This document shows, piece by piece, positions 30,901 to 41,496 of a stretch of 64,000 nucleotides of DNA (its first letter is position 1; every line of letters starts with the position of its first letter). Below the pieces are notes generated by a model that had not been told where the DNA came from, did no database searches, and saw only the letters and a program-made list of their open reading frames with translations. Source of the DNA: Gammaproteobacteria bacterium (GTDB taxonomy: Bacteria; Pseudomonadota; Gammaproteobacteria; Eutrophobiales; Eutrophobiaceae); NCBI GenBank assembly GCA_965222155.1, contig CBDCTH010000012.1, forward strand, positions 1,152,001-1,216,000. Direction: 5' to 3'. The translations under genes were made by a program, and so were the position numbers.

Positions 30901-32041
30901 GCATTTCCATATCCATGAGCAAATCCGGTTCAGGGATTAACAGTAACGAATTGGGGGAGGTTGAGATGTCCCTCCATGCCTCCTTGTCGCGGATAATCAG
31001 TGTTCTTGCTGCCATTTTATGAGGATCGACTTTCAAATCCAGTGTGCATTCCGAGGTCTGTGTATAAACATGATACGCTGAAATAAAATCAATCACGTCA
31101 ACAGGGGAAGATGATTCAAAGGCAAGTACGGAAGGTGATGAATCCAGCCATTCCATAAGCCGTTCAATGGCTTTATCACGTGATACCAGGAACACTTCTG
31201 CAGTTAAGGACGGATTGGTGGATGCGGACAGATTTTCCCAATATCCTTCAAGATCAATGACTCCTTCCGGTCGAAGACCAAGCATACGTGCCAGCCAGTT
31301 GTCGACACCTCTGGACGCCTCCAGCCATTCTTCCAGGGCCTCAGAGTCGTACACTCTGACATCTTTCCAGATATTTAAATTTTTCTTCTCCAAACACCAC
31401 GCATCTTTACCCTGCCATTTTCGCAAAGTAACAAATATAAATGTCGACTGTTTTTTATCCACTCCATGTGAATTTGCAGTGCGTTTTGTGAAATCCTCCT
31501 CTGCCTTTTTTCGAAACTGTCTATTGACACTCATTGCCCATACACTCAGCCCCACAGGTACAAATTCGTTGCCGCGTGTTGACTCAACGAACCCATCCCA
31601 GCCCGGACTTTGTATGCCATCCAGAGCGGGAAATTGCACACGAAGAAGGTTGTCTGAATCAACAGTGCCGCGAACCAATCGTCGAACCAAGAGGGGCAAT
31701 GCAGATTGTGCATCAATATGGTCTGCCCACAGTTCCAACGTTATGGCTCTAACACGGTTTGATATTCTTCTGCTGCGCGGGGGCTGGGGTAACCTGGCAG
31801 TGCTTTCTTTCAGGGCCAGCCCGAACATTATTTCCCATTCAATCGTTTCCGGCTCCAGCTTAAGCGCTTTTGCGTACGATTCCAGAAGAGTTACAGAACG
31901 TGGGGGAGAGAGAATATTCCGTTCAAGTTTACTGATGTTACCCGGGTCTAATCCATTACGACGCGAGAATTCACGCAGGGACAAACCTAACGCCTTACGG
32001 CGCTGCCGGAAATAATCGCCAAAGCGTAATGGAGAAGGCAT
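27947..32041 (-). CDS. 1364-aa XRE-HTH protein with a restriction-nuclease-like domain and long helical C-terminal region
   Basis: RRKALGLSLREFSRRNGLDPGNISKLER; GWDGFV...VPVGLSVWAMSV...KAEEDFTKRT...FIFVT..KW...VRVYDSEALEEWL; LAEAAPDVFL, LEVLAW. Confidence 0.8.
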   Translation of the reverse strand: MPSPLRFGDYFRQRRKALGLSLREFSRRNGLDPGNISKLERNILSPPRSVTLLESYAKALKLEPETIEWEIMFGLALKESTARLPQPPRSRRISNRVRAITLELWADHIDAQSALPLLVRRLVRGTVDSDNLLRVQFPALDGIQSPGWDGFVESTRGNEFVPVGLSVWAMSVNRQFRKKAEEDFTKRTANSHGVDKKQSTFIFVTLRKWQGKDAWCLEKKNLNIWKDVRVYDSEALEEWLEASRGVDNWLARMLGLRPEGVIDLEGYWENLSASTNPSLTAEVFLVSRDKAIERLMEWLDSSPSVLAFESSSPVDVIDFISAYHVYTQTSECTLDLKVDPHKMAARTLIIRDKEAWRDISTSPNSLLLIPEPDLLMDMEMLTEAVRQGHHVLLCSHRFSTKHERIRLPRPERYELKKVLTNSGLKEQEASDLARQSGGSLTVLKRAISRSPATKQPEWSQSSNARKLIPFILVGAWDETSDADQRAIEKLSGESYEENANIINRWLNEIDSPVLRVQANCSLVSREDSWMLLASYITRQDLLTFEEIAVEVLSEVDSRHDLPAEEQPYTAFHDSELKYSAQIRSGICETLALLGCKSGNGLLQGGINPEREAEQIVSNLLNERTSWQQWASLSDLLPVLAEAAPDVFLSSVEKDINRNSPALKKLFNNSDVFLPVLFSAYDGLSDTLEVLAWNPPYLTRVSLILVRLYQCDPQRKWSSRPLSSLQQVFLPWHSHTTASTEQRIKAIKKMIEKAPKTAWKLLISLLPNVLRTSSDTRMPVWRDWSMGWEYTPTYAGYWQQISACADYLVSMAGNDIERWSQLFDEFDHLPQATQKHLLDRMEQWDLTEVDTLVRRKITKSIRKQLKKHHNPVINWTIPPDFVGRLEILQNRFEPVDLVAKHLWLFTTYSPSLINPGNSRQEQTETIYQNRKQALWGIFKEAGLKDILRLARESERPDIVGNTYVKSTLYSDNDEIIPFLLSSENQQEREFAAGVVGALFEHKGWEWVEKLPVRTWQPEQSGLFLSVLPFERKTWAWVEKQNTGVEAFYWGLVQAFVRDGKKEDIEFAVTKLLHYERPLQAIDVLNVALYDQCKIDPTLVIITLETLEIRLKAQNKISPEDVVVNDDKYKIQELFKYLQERCLDIDSTRLAELEWVYLEFLDEYSGSSPVTLEKSLQQNPEFFCQLIHMNFRSDKELEDNQQALTEQEKARAHQAYMLLTQWRRIPGISDSGVINEQELMDWVRNAREKCEESGHLAVCDERIGEVLAMDPECSDEWPSLPVRDVIDEIDSDDLVRGFRVGIYNKNGSVPFETGRSQEGELAKKYHQYASQCEMEWPKTAASLRRVARDYEEEARREDERSNHWVR

Positions 32042-32058
32042 ACTGATATCTTACACAA

Positions 32059-32077
32059 GTTGTAATTATTTTACAAC
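32059..32077. promoter_or_regulatory. Palindrome GTTGTAA-N5-TTACAAC in the divergent promoter region
   Basis: Perfect 7-bp arms 17 bp upstream of the 32041 start, in a very AT-rich spacer. Confidence 0.6.
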
Positions 32078-32242
32078 ATTTTCATATTCTTAAATTATAG
32101 TTTATTTTAAACAACGATAAGGGTATGGTATGATTATTTATCATTTACTATTTGCATATGTAAATTTTTGGATAATATAAACTAAATAATCTATTTATTG
32201 TTAATACCTGTATTAAGTATTTATTAGAAATATATTACAATT

Positions 32243-33040
32243 ATGTTTTATTTTTTTAGTGGACTCGAAACTAGGTTTTTCAGTTACATCCAGTTGCGTA
32301 AACTGCAGACCGTCGAAATCGGAGAAATCGGACCGGAACTGGGATTAACTCCTGTCCAGGAACGCAAACTGCTAAGCCGACTATCTCGCCGAGGACTCAT
32401 TACCAGAGTAAGACGGGGCCTATATCTGGTGCCTCCAACCATACCACCGGGCGGGAAGTGGAGTCCAGGTCAAGCGTTGGCATTATCCACATTAATGGAG
32501 GATAAAAAAGGCCAATACCAATTATGTGGACCTAATGCCTTTTATCGGTACAGATGGACTGAACAAGTTCCGAACCGGTTATATGTTTATAATAACCGCC
32601 TGTCAGGTGATCGAAAAATCGGGCCTGTTACCTTAACATTGATTAAGGTTGACGATAAGCGTCTTGGATCACTGGAAGCTGTAACAACTTCAGAGGGGAT
32701 TGTTTTAAACTACTCCAGTAAAGCTCGTGCGCTAATGGACGCGGTCTATGATTGGTCGAGATTCAACAGTCTGCCTCGCGCCTATGAATGGATAGCCCGA
32801 GAAATTGATGCCGACGATGCAATGCTGGCAGATTTGGTGGATGTTTGTATCAGTTATGGAAATCAAGGTACGATACGTCGGGTAGGAAAATTACTCTCTA
32901 TGAAGGCGGTAAATAAACTATTATTGCGCAAGTTGGCAAAGCGAATAAATCAATCTTCTAGCCTGATCCCTTGGGTACCGTCAAAACCGAAAAAAGGACA
33001 AATTGATAAACGTTGGGGTGTGATTCTAAATAATGGATAG
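32243..33040 (+). CDS. abiEi: Type IV TA antitoxin, AbiEi family
   Basis: wHTH LSRLSRRGLITRVRRGLYLVP; WTEQVPNRLYVYN; RALMDAV; RRVGKLL; upstream of an AbiEii-like gene. Confidence 0.8.
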   Translation: MFYFFSGLETRFFSYIQLRKLQTVEIGEIGPELGLTPVQERKLLSRLSRRGLITRVRRGLYLVPPTIPPGGKWSPGQALALSTLMEDKKGQYQLCGPNAFYRYRWTEQVPNRLYVYNNRLSGDRKIGPVTLTLIKVDDKRLGSLEAVTTSEGIVLNYSSKARALMDAVYDWSRFNSLPRAYEWIAREIDADDAMLADLVDVCISYGNQGTIRRVGKLLSMKAVNKLLLRKLAKRINQSSSLIPWVPSKPKKGQIDKRWGVILNNG

Positions 33041-33953
33041 CATTGATATTGGAAACAACATCCATGAAGATATAATCTGGCTCCGTAGTGCACTGAATTT
33101 TACAGAACAGCAAACAGGCTTTAGCGCCAGACTAATTGAAAAAGATTATTATTGTTCTTTGGTACTGCATGATTTAACAATACAAAAACAAAATTCACTC
33201 ATCTTCAAAGGCGGCACCTGCCTTTGTAAGGTTCATGGAGATTTCTATCGAATGAGTGAAGACCTGGATTTTCTTATTTCAACTGACGCGCATGCTACCC
33301 GGTCCAATCGTCGAAAATTGATTGAACCACTGAAACCACATTTCAGTGAAATACCTGGACGGTTATCCTGTTTTCAGATTAATGAGAAATTAATGGGTCA
33401 TAATAATTCTAAACAATATACTGGGAGCCTGTCATATCAGTCAGTTATTACAGGTGAACAAGCATACATAAAAATTGAAATCAGTTTGCGAGAGCCGGTA
33501 TTGAATTCGGTTCAAAACAAAGCTGCTCAGACATTACTCATTGACCCGTTTAGCGGAAGCCCTAAGTTTCAAGCAATTCCTGTAAACGTATTGTCTTATA
33601 ATGAGAGCTATGCCGAGAAGTTCCGATCCGCGTTGACACGTATAAATCCAGCGATTCGTGATATTTACGATATTGACGTTGCGATTCGATCAGGCAGCCT
33701 GAATGTAAACGACAGCACGTTTATTGATCTTATTCGTAAAAAATTAGATGTTCCAGAAGCTAATGCCATCGATATGTCAGAAGGTAGAATCAAAATTTTG
33801 AAGCGTCAGCTTGAGACAGAATTAAAGCCTGTTTTACGGAGTAATGATTATGCAAGTTTCAGTATTGACAGGGCGGTAGCAATAATTATCGATGTAATGA
33901 ATAGATTATATTTCACTCCGGAAACAGACCATTATGGTCCTCATCCAGCCTAA
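33033..33953 (+). CDS. abiEii: Type IV TA toxin, AbiEii nucleotidyltransferase
   Basis: LIEKDYY, FKGGTCLCK, RMSEDLDF, IKIEIS, AEKFRSAL, RDIYDI. Confidence 0.92.
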   Translation: MDSIDIGNNIHEDIIWLRSALNFTEQQTGFSARLIEKDYYCSLVLHDLTIQKQNSLIFKGGTCLCKVHGDFYRMSEDLDFLISTDAHATRSNRRKLIEPLKPHFSEIPGRLSCFQINEKLMGHNNSKQYTGSLSYQSVITGEQAYIKIEISLREPVLNSVQNKAAQTLLIDPFSGSPKFQAIPVNVLSYNESYAEKFRSALTRINPAIRDIYDIDVAIRSGSLNVNDSTFIDLIRKKLDVPEANAIDMSEGRIKILKRQLETELKPVLRSNDYASFSIDRAVAIIIDVMNRLYFTPETDHYGPHPA

Positions 33954-33961
33954 CAAAAGCC

Positions 33962-34225
33962 CTACAAATCCAGAACTAACATATCACTCTTGGAGCGTGA
34001 ACAGCACAGGGTCATCTGGTCGTTGGCCGCCTTCTCTTCATCGGTTTGAAATACATCGTTGTGCTCTGGTTCTCCCTCCAGAACTCCCGTCAGGCAAGTG
34101 CCACAGATGCCCTGCTCGCAGGACACAGGGATGATGATCCCCTGTTCGCCCAGGGCATCAACTATCCTGACACCGTCTTCGACTGTGATCACTTCGCCAC
34201 TGCTTGCAATCTTTACCTTGAACAT
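33962..34225 (-). CDS. Stand-alone plant-type 2Fe-2S ferredoxin (similar to the VanB C-terminal domain)
   Basis: SCEQGICGTCLTGVLEGEPEH, CCSRSKS..LVLDL. Confidence 0.85.
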   Translation of the reverse strand: MFKVKIASSGEVITVEDGVRIVDALGEQGIIIPVSCEQGICGTCLTGVLEGEPEHNDVFQTDEEKAANDQMTLCCSRSKSDMLVLDL

Positions 34226-34303
34226 TTGAGCTATTACCTATCACAGACTGAATTGAGTTGAGTCGAGCCGGTCGAAATCATCCAAGAATCTTTATCCGGG
34301 CTA

Positions 34304-34477
34304 TAGCAGCTCCCGCTAACTCTCCGGATGGAGGGCATCCTGCCCTCGTAGAGGGCGAGACGCCCTCCCTCCCAGGGAAACATGCCCCTTGGGAACTTGG
34401 GGGACAGATTTAAATCTGTCCCCTGTCCGAATCCGGCAAACATCACTGTATTGACCTCAATTTAGCGGGAGCGCCTG
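34304..34477. mobile_element. MITE with the TIRs of IS 1950-3577 and internal REPs
   Basis: TAGCAGCTCCCGCTAAC...TTTAGCGGGAGCGCCTG; flanks TCCGGGCTA/TCCTGGCTA (8/9); internal palindrome GGGACAGATTTAAATCTGTCCC. Confidence 0.8.
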
Positions 34478-34500
34478 TCCTGGCTAAGTATAACTGATTG

Positions 34501-37500
34501 TTATTCCGGAGCAAATACCATTTCAGGCACGACGATCTCCCAAGCGTCACACTTGATGCTGTCCTGGTACTGAGGTTCTGATAGTTCGCGAGTACGCGTG
34601 ACGACAGCCAACACCTTGGCTGACAGACAGATCATTCCCTGCGCGGCTGCGTAACTACCGGCAAGGCGCCCCACTCTGTTCCCGTTCCTGTCAAACAGCT
34701 CCCACCGTTCCTGCCCATTCAAGTGAGCATCAAGCGGATCCCCGGGAACGAGTGCAGATATATCCTTGTGCACTCGATGGCGTATGTGAAAACGTCCCGC
34801 AAAGCCTAAATCAATCTCTCTCAGACTGAGTCGCCGATAAACGTAGTTGAGTTCAGGAACGGGCAGCGGCAGTCTAACGGGATCACGATGCATAACGGAG
34901 GGACATTCATCCAATATGCGCGTGACGTGAACTCCCTTGTCATGGGCGTCATCAAAGCGTGACAATGTAAGCGTCTGTCGCGCCCGCGTCATTGCCACGT
35001 AATATAATCTGCGCGGCGCGTCCCTGTCTTCATTGCGACTGATCCTGTCCCAACCCCCATCCAGCACGACAGCGTGGTTGAGCTCAAGACCTTTGGCGCG
35101 ATGCGCAGTCAACAAGAGAAGTCCATTTTGCCGACGACGGACTTCCCTCCCCCACTCGGCAAGCCATTCGATAAAGTGATCTGCCGGCGCCTCCAATGCG
35201 CCGGTTTCCAGTACGTACTCATCCACTGCTTCCCGTAACAGTTCTACCCAAGGCCCTTCTTGTTGGGCATCAATCTGGCTATACATTTCAGAAGTCTTTA
35301 CCAGACTATTCTCTCTGAGCCAGCGCAACAATGCCTGGGTTTCCCGCAGGCGCCAGAAACCCGGGGGTTCTTCGTTCCCCACCTGCACGGGAATATCATG
35401 GTGTTCACAGAACCCGTGCACCGGATCCAGGTATTTCCACTCACGGGCAATTACCGCGCAGGCTGACCAATCCCAATCCTCAGTGAGCGTGGACAGACGT
35501 TGCAGTTCCAGCATGATCGCTTGCGCCTGGGACACCGGATTTGGCCCTGCCGGTAGTACCTGTACCTTCCCTCGGGTTACCGGGTCTTGTTTGCTCCAGA
35601 TGCCGCCACTGGGTTCTTTTGTCCGGGCCACGTTAATTGTGATGGGGTGTCCTGCTTTCATGCGCTGCCGTGCCGGCTCTATTAACGCATTGGCCGCGTT
35701 GATAATGTGGGTGGTGGAGCGATAGTTTTCAGTGAGATAGACGGGCTTGGCCCCATAGTCGGATTCGAAACGGCGGATAAACTTCACCGAAGCGTCCTTG
35801 AAGGCGTAGATGTTCTGGTCATCATCGCCTACAGCGAACAAGGTCAGCTTGTCATCCTCATTCGGCAGCGTTCGGCCCGCCAGGGCGGAGATCAGCCCAT
35901 ATTCTTCCTGGCCGACGTCCTGGTATTCATCCACCAGGATCCAACGGAAACCGGCAAGCAGCCGTTGCCGCTGTTCGCTTGCATCCTCCGCTGTCAACCC
36001 ATCTCCACGCAACAATGCCACCGCATCCTGCATGAGGACACGAAAAGCATCTTCATCAGGGATATCAGGACGCTCACTAAAACTGGCGCCGACCAGGCGC
36101 ATTGCAAGACCGTGACAGGTCAGCACCATCACACCTCGGGCATCATTGCCGACCAGACCCGCAAGCCGGCGCCGGATCTCGACTGCCGCATGGCGGTTGT
36201 AAGCCAGGGCCAGTATTCCGCGCGGGTTCTCACGTCTTACCCGCAACAGGTACGCGATGCGATGCACCAGCACCCGCGTCTTGCCCGAACCGGGACCGGC
36301 CAGCACCAGCACATTTGTCTGCTCTCGATCGTCGGCTACGATGCGTTGCTGAATGGGACTCTTCAGACTTTCAACGATGTTGTGCCACGATTCCGGCGTG
36401 GTCTGCCGGGAAATTTCCTTGTCTCGGTCCGGTAACCAGCGTTGCAGGAAGTCCTCCTGGTTCAGGCTGAAGTAGTCCATGGCCAGGCGCAACGCGTCGA
36501 CCATGGTTTTCAGTCCACGCCGCGCGTATTCCTTCATCACGTGAATCTGCACGACCTGTTCCTTGTAATGGAGTCCGAGCGGCGCGAAGTCGGTATTGGC
36601 AAAGCCGCGCCGGTCCCGGTTCAAACGGATGGTCATGGCCGGGCGGAATACTGCCAAACCCTTGTTTAGGCGGATGACTTCCTGCTCGTGCAGCCACAAC
36701 AGGGCGCGTTCCAACAGTTTGTCGGGTTTCCTGACGTCGCGGCTCAGCACCAGGTCGGATTGGATGGCCTCCAACAGCTTGCCAAGCGTTGTCTCGGCAA
36801 GCAGGTCCGTGCCTCGACTCCCGGACGGCAGGCTTGCGAGCAAGTGCTCCAGCAAACAACCGGCGGCCGCACGGCGTAACTCGGCGGTCTTCTCCAACGC
36901 TGTCCATTCGCGTTGCAGTGTCACCCGCACCGTCTCTGCATCCAACTTGCGCAACCCCAGGCTGCCTCCACCGCTGCCCTCGCCGCGGCCATCGGAGGCG
37001 AGACTGCGGAGGATGCGCCACAATCGTTCCGGCAGCGCATGATGGTGACCGGCGTCTTTGAGTTGTTGATTGGCCCTGCGCAGGTGAAGCAATGATGTTT
37101 CACCCTTGCCAAGATCAGGCGCCGCCTGTCGTAGATGCTCAATTAGGGAGCGCTCCAGTTCCGCCGCTTCTTCGAGACGTTTCTTCGATGCGCGCGTCAC
37201 TCCCATATGTACGAAGGCGGTCAGCGCCGTGTCGTTGCTGGCGATATCGAACCGCTCCAAATCGTATAATGCGCTGTGCATACGCTTTTCGCGCTCAGGC
37301 CCGCCGCGCCCATCAGCTCGTCGGTGGAGATGCCCTCGTCCGCGTCCGCCTCGATCAATGTCTCGACAATATCCAGCAACTGGCGGCGATAGTCATCCCG
37401 GATGGACGCTTTTTTGAGTTTGGCACGAGCCTCCTCTACCGAGTTCACCCGGAGGGAGGACGGAAACACCTGTACCCGATTCTCTTCCCGGGTCAGCAAC

Positions 37501-39647
37501 ACCGCCTCCTCCAACCAGGCGATGGCGGTGCGTACCCGAGTATCATCGGTTGCGGAATCCCTCTTGAACACTTCGTCTTCGTCCTCGCCCAGGATCTCGC
37601 CGGCGGTGGCCACGACCTCGCCGTCCGTGCTCTTTTTTCGGTCCAGGCGGCGTAACGCCCTCAGGATCCCGTGGATTTCCCGCCGGGTGAGCCGCGAACG
37701 TCTCGACAACCTGAACTGTTGCTCCACGTCGTCCGGCGTGTAAAACAACACGCAGCGCGCTACCTGCCGGTCACGTCCGGCGCGGCCCGCCTCCTGCAGG
37801 TAGTTCTCCAGTGAACCGGGGATGTCGGCATGCACCACCAGTCGCACGTCCGGCTTGTCGATACCCATCCCGAAAGCATTGGTAGCCACGATCACTCGCG
37901 ACGCTCCACCGATGAAACGCTGCTGCACGTTCTTCTTGCTCTCTGGTTGCAAACCGGCGTGAAAGTAGTCCGCGCTGATCTCCTTGGCGTTAAGAAACTC
38001 AGCAATATCTTCGGTCTGCCGGCGTCTCGCGCAATAGACGATGGCGCCGCCGGACTCTTCCCCTGACAAACAGTCGCTTACTACCTGGTGAATATGGAAA
38101 AACTTCTCACCTCCGGTCGTAGGGATCACATCAAACTCCAGATTGGCGCGCTGCGCGCCACCATCAAAGACCTTCATCTTGATATCGAGCCGGTCCTGCA
38201 AGTGTCGCAGGATGTCTACCACCACGTCAGGCTTGGCGGTGGCGGTCAGACATAACACCGGCGGCACCGGCTGCTGCCCCGCCTTCTCGCGGATAAACCG
38301 CGCCACGTAGCGGTAATCGGGGCGGAAGTCGTGTCCCCACTTTGAAATACAATGGGCCTCGTCCAGCACCCAGGCGCCGATCTCCCGTTGTTCCAGTACC
38401 CGGCGCACGGAACGATTGCGGAGTTGCTCCGGCGAGATGAGGAGGATGCCAGCGTCCCCAAGGCGTACCTGGTCCAACGCATCGGCCCGCTCGGGCAGGG
38501 ACAGCAATCCATTGATCGCCACGCAGGAACCGATCCCGTTCGCCTCCAGACCCGCCACCTGGTCAGACATGAGCGCCACCAGGGGTGAGATCACCACCGT
38601 GAGGGCGCCAGTCTTGTCATAGCGTGACAGGGCCGGAATCTGGTAACAAAGCGACTTGCCGGTGCCCGTGGGCAGAATCCCCAGGACGTGCTCCCGCGCC
38701 ATCGCCGTCTCGACGATGGACTGCTGCATGGGTTGCCCGTCCTCGTCTTCCGGCTCCAGCCGGAAGTCAGTGAACCCGAACCAGCGCTTGAGTTCTTTTT
38801 TCGCATCGTGTCTTTCCCGGCACCAGCCGCAGGCAGGGTCGGTACACATGGTATCCCGCAACCGACGTACCAACAGACCCGTCTCGGGGAACTGGTGGCG
38901 AACCCAGGGCGGCATGACCGAATTTCCTCCGGACACCGATAACCAGGCGAGTGCATAAGCCAACGCCCATTTGTACCGCTGAGCATCCGCAATGAGCTTG
39001 CGGTTATAGGTGATACAGCCTTTCTCCTCCAACTGTCTGCGCAACGCCGCTCTGGCTTCCGCATCGGAAGGCAGGGTTGTCCGCCGCAAACCGGAGAAAA
39101 AAGCATCGAAGCCGGCTCCGTTGCCCGCCGAAACACTCAACCAGTGCCAGACGGTCAACAGGTCCGGTGCGGCATTCCGTAACGCCTGGCGCTGGTCAGC
39201 AAAGAGTTGCAGTGTGAGTTGGGAATCCAGGTACGGATCATTCAGCTGTCCCCCCTTAAGCTGTCCGTCCTGGTAATGTTTCACCAGGTGGTGGTAGGGA
39301 TTGCGAGGAAACGCCAGGGGATTCAAGCGTAGGGTATCCACCGGCGGCAACTTCAGCAGTTGTAGTTCAGGTTTTGCGGTGCGCAGGTGGAGCAGGTCGA
39401 AATCGATCAGGTTATGGCCCAACAAAAATGCCGCCCCGGTGGCCAACTCGTCCAGCTTTGATAATGCCTCTGTCAGGTCGCCACGCTTAAGATCCTGGGG
39501 GAAAACCAGGGATTGATTAGTGTCCGAACGCACTGCGGCGAAGGCGTGGATACGCCCGTCCCGCACACCAACCTCAAGGTCCAGCGAAAGACAGCGAGGC
39601 GCAAAGCCTCCACTTTCATTCAGCGCTCGGGACACTCCGTTCTCCAA
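34501..39647 (-). pseudogene. About 1700-aa exonuclease-like + RecQ + UvrD helicase fusion, frameshifted near 37285
   Basis: LDLEVG, GHNLIDFD; LPTGTGKSLCYQIP, VLDEAHC..WGHDFRP, QEAGRAGRD; LAGPGSGKT, LVDEYQD, VGDDDQNIY, RRLYYVAMTRAR; the two ORFs overlap out of frame. Confidence 0.85.
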
Positions 39648-39942
39648 AAAAGGATAAAAATTTCATAATCGGAATTATCAAAATTCCTTGGGGAAAAAAC
39701 CGATATTATTTATAATAATCGGTGATTAATCCTTGGATGAGGGAATAGCTTATTGATTTTACAGGTAAAGTAAAGAATGGATTTATAATTTTTGAGATTT
39801 AAATATTCATGGAAAGTATCAAACCAATAATCTGCGTCCTGATTTTTTATTGGTGAGTAAGGATGTTTGTTCAACTGGATTCCGGCATCCGCCGGAATGA
39901 CGAGTAAGGTAACCAACAAAACAAAATTGGGGGGATGTTCAA

Positions 39943-41067
39943 GTGGCCAAACCATTTCTGAAAAACGCCTGGTATGTTGCGGCATGGAGCTACGAAGTGA
40001 AGAAGGAACTGTTCGAACGCACTATCATCGGCGAGTCCATCCTGTTCTACCGTAAGGAAAACAACCAGGCAGTCGCCATCAATAACACCTGCCCACACCG
40101 CTATTCGCCGTTGCACATGGGCGTATTGCTGGGAGACGTGGTGGAATGCGCTTATCACGGACTGCGCTACGACAGTAGCGGACGCTGTGTACACAACCCC
40201 CATGGAGACGGCAAAATCCCGGAAAAGATGTGCACGAGGGCTTATCCGCTCGAAGAAACCCATAATATGTTATGGATCTGGATGGGCGACCCGGCACTGG
40301 CCGACCCTGCCACCATCCCTGATTTCAGTTGCCACACCGACCCCAATTATCCTTCCGTCGAGGGCGTGATTGAGATGCACGGCAACCATGAATTGATTAC
40401 CGACAACCTGATGGACCTGTCCCACGTCGAGTTCCTGCATAAAGGCATACTGGGCAGTGACGCCATCAAGCGCGGGCAGCACGAACTCCTGCAGGACGGC
40501 ACTACCGTCTGGTCGAATCGCTGGTGCCCGGACGGACTGGCGCCCCCAGCCTGGGACCACATGTTCAACGACTACGGCAAACCGGTGGATCACTGGCTGT
40601 ACATGCGCTGGGACGCCCCTTCTCACATGTTGCTGGACGTGGGGATTACACCCGCCGGCAGACCGAGAAACGAAGGTATCTGGATGTACGGAACAGATAT
40701 CCTCACACCGAAAAACGAGACATCCACCTATTACTACTGGGGCGTTGCCCGATCCCATGACAAGGATAGCGCCGAGATGGATAAAATCTGGACCACTGCC
40801 ATAGAAATGGCGTTCGGGACCCAGGATAAACCCATGATTGAGGCCCAGCAGAACATGCTGGAATCACTGGACGCCGTGGACCTCGATGAAGTTGACCCGG
40901 TGCTGCTGCCCATGGACAGCGCCACGGTCCGCTGCCGCCGCGTCCTGGAGCGGCTGCGCCGGGAAGATGGCGTCAAGTTGCCCGATCCCCGTAACCCGGC
41001 CCTGACAGACCTGATCCGGAAAGCGGAGGCCGAAGAATATAACGGCAGGATAGTCCCGGTGGTATAA
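39943..41067 (+). CDS. Rieske non-heme iron oxygenase (VanA/DdmC-like O-demethylase family)
   Basis: FLKNAWYVAAW, CPHR...CAYHG, DNLMDLSHVEFLH, QDKPMIEAQQ. Confidence 0.93.
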   Translation: MAKPFLKNAWYVAAWSYEVKKELFERTIIGESILFYRKENNQAVAINNTCPHRYSPLHMGVLLGDVVECAYHGLRYDSSGRCVHNPHGDGKIPEKMCTRAYPLEETHNMLWIWMGDPALADPATIPDFSCHTDPNYPSVEGVIEMHGNHELITDNLMDLSHVEFLHKGILGSDAIKRGQHELLQDGTTVWSNRWCPDGLAPPAWDHMFNDYGKPVDHWLYMRWDAPSHMLLDVGITPAGRPRNEGIWMYGTDILTPKNETSTYYYWGVARSHDKDSAEMDKIWTTAIEMAFGTQDKPMIEAQQNMLESLDAVDLDEVDPVLLPMDSATVRCRRVLERLRREDGVKLPDPRNPALTDLIRKAEAEEYNGRIVPVV

Positions 41068-41076
41068 CTTAAAATT

Positions 41077-41156
41077 TAGGGTCAGAGTAAAAATACTCAA
41101 CAACAAGCCACTACCACTTGCCAAACTGATTGTATTTTTACTCTGACCCCAAATAT
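41077..41156. repeat. About 80-bp REP/MITE, copy 1
   Basis: GGTCAGAGTAAAAATAC...GTATTTTTACTCTGACC; near-identical copy at 48555-48635. Confidence 0.85.
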
Positions 41157-41496
41157 CACCCCAAACTCTCATGAGCAGGTCTTTGCACACCCCGACGGCA
41201 TGTAACTAAAACTCTGGAGATGCAGTGTTATCCACAGCCTCCTCAGAGTGACTACTGTCCCGTCCTGATGTAGTCTGCTTAGCACATCGTCCACGCTAGC
41301 GCGTAAGCCCAACCCGGCTACAGGCCCTATGGCGAGGCCGCCTGAAAGACCAGAATGGGTATCCCTGTGGCGTGTCCTTTCCAGTCGGTCAGACCTTGTT
41401 AAGACCGAATGTGTTCGCGTGGCCTGATGCTTAGAACGTCCAAAAATAGTTACACAGCAAAGACGATTCCTTAAAATGAAATGAAAGCTTATCCAC

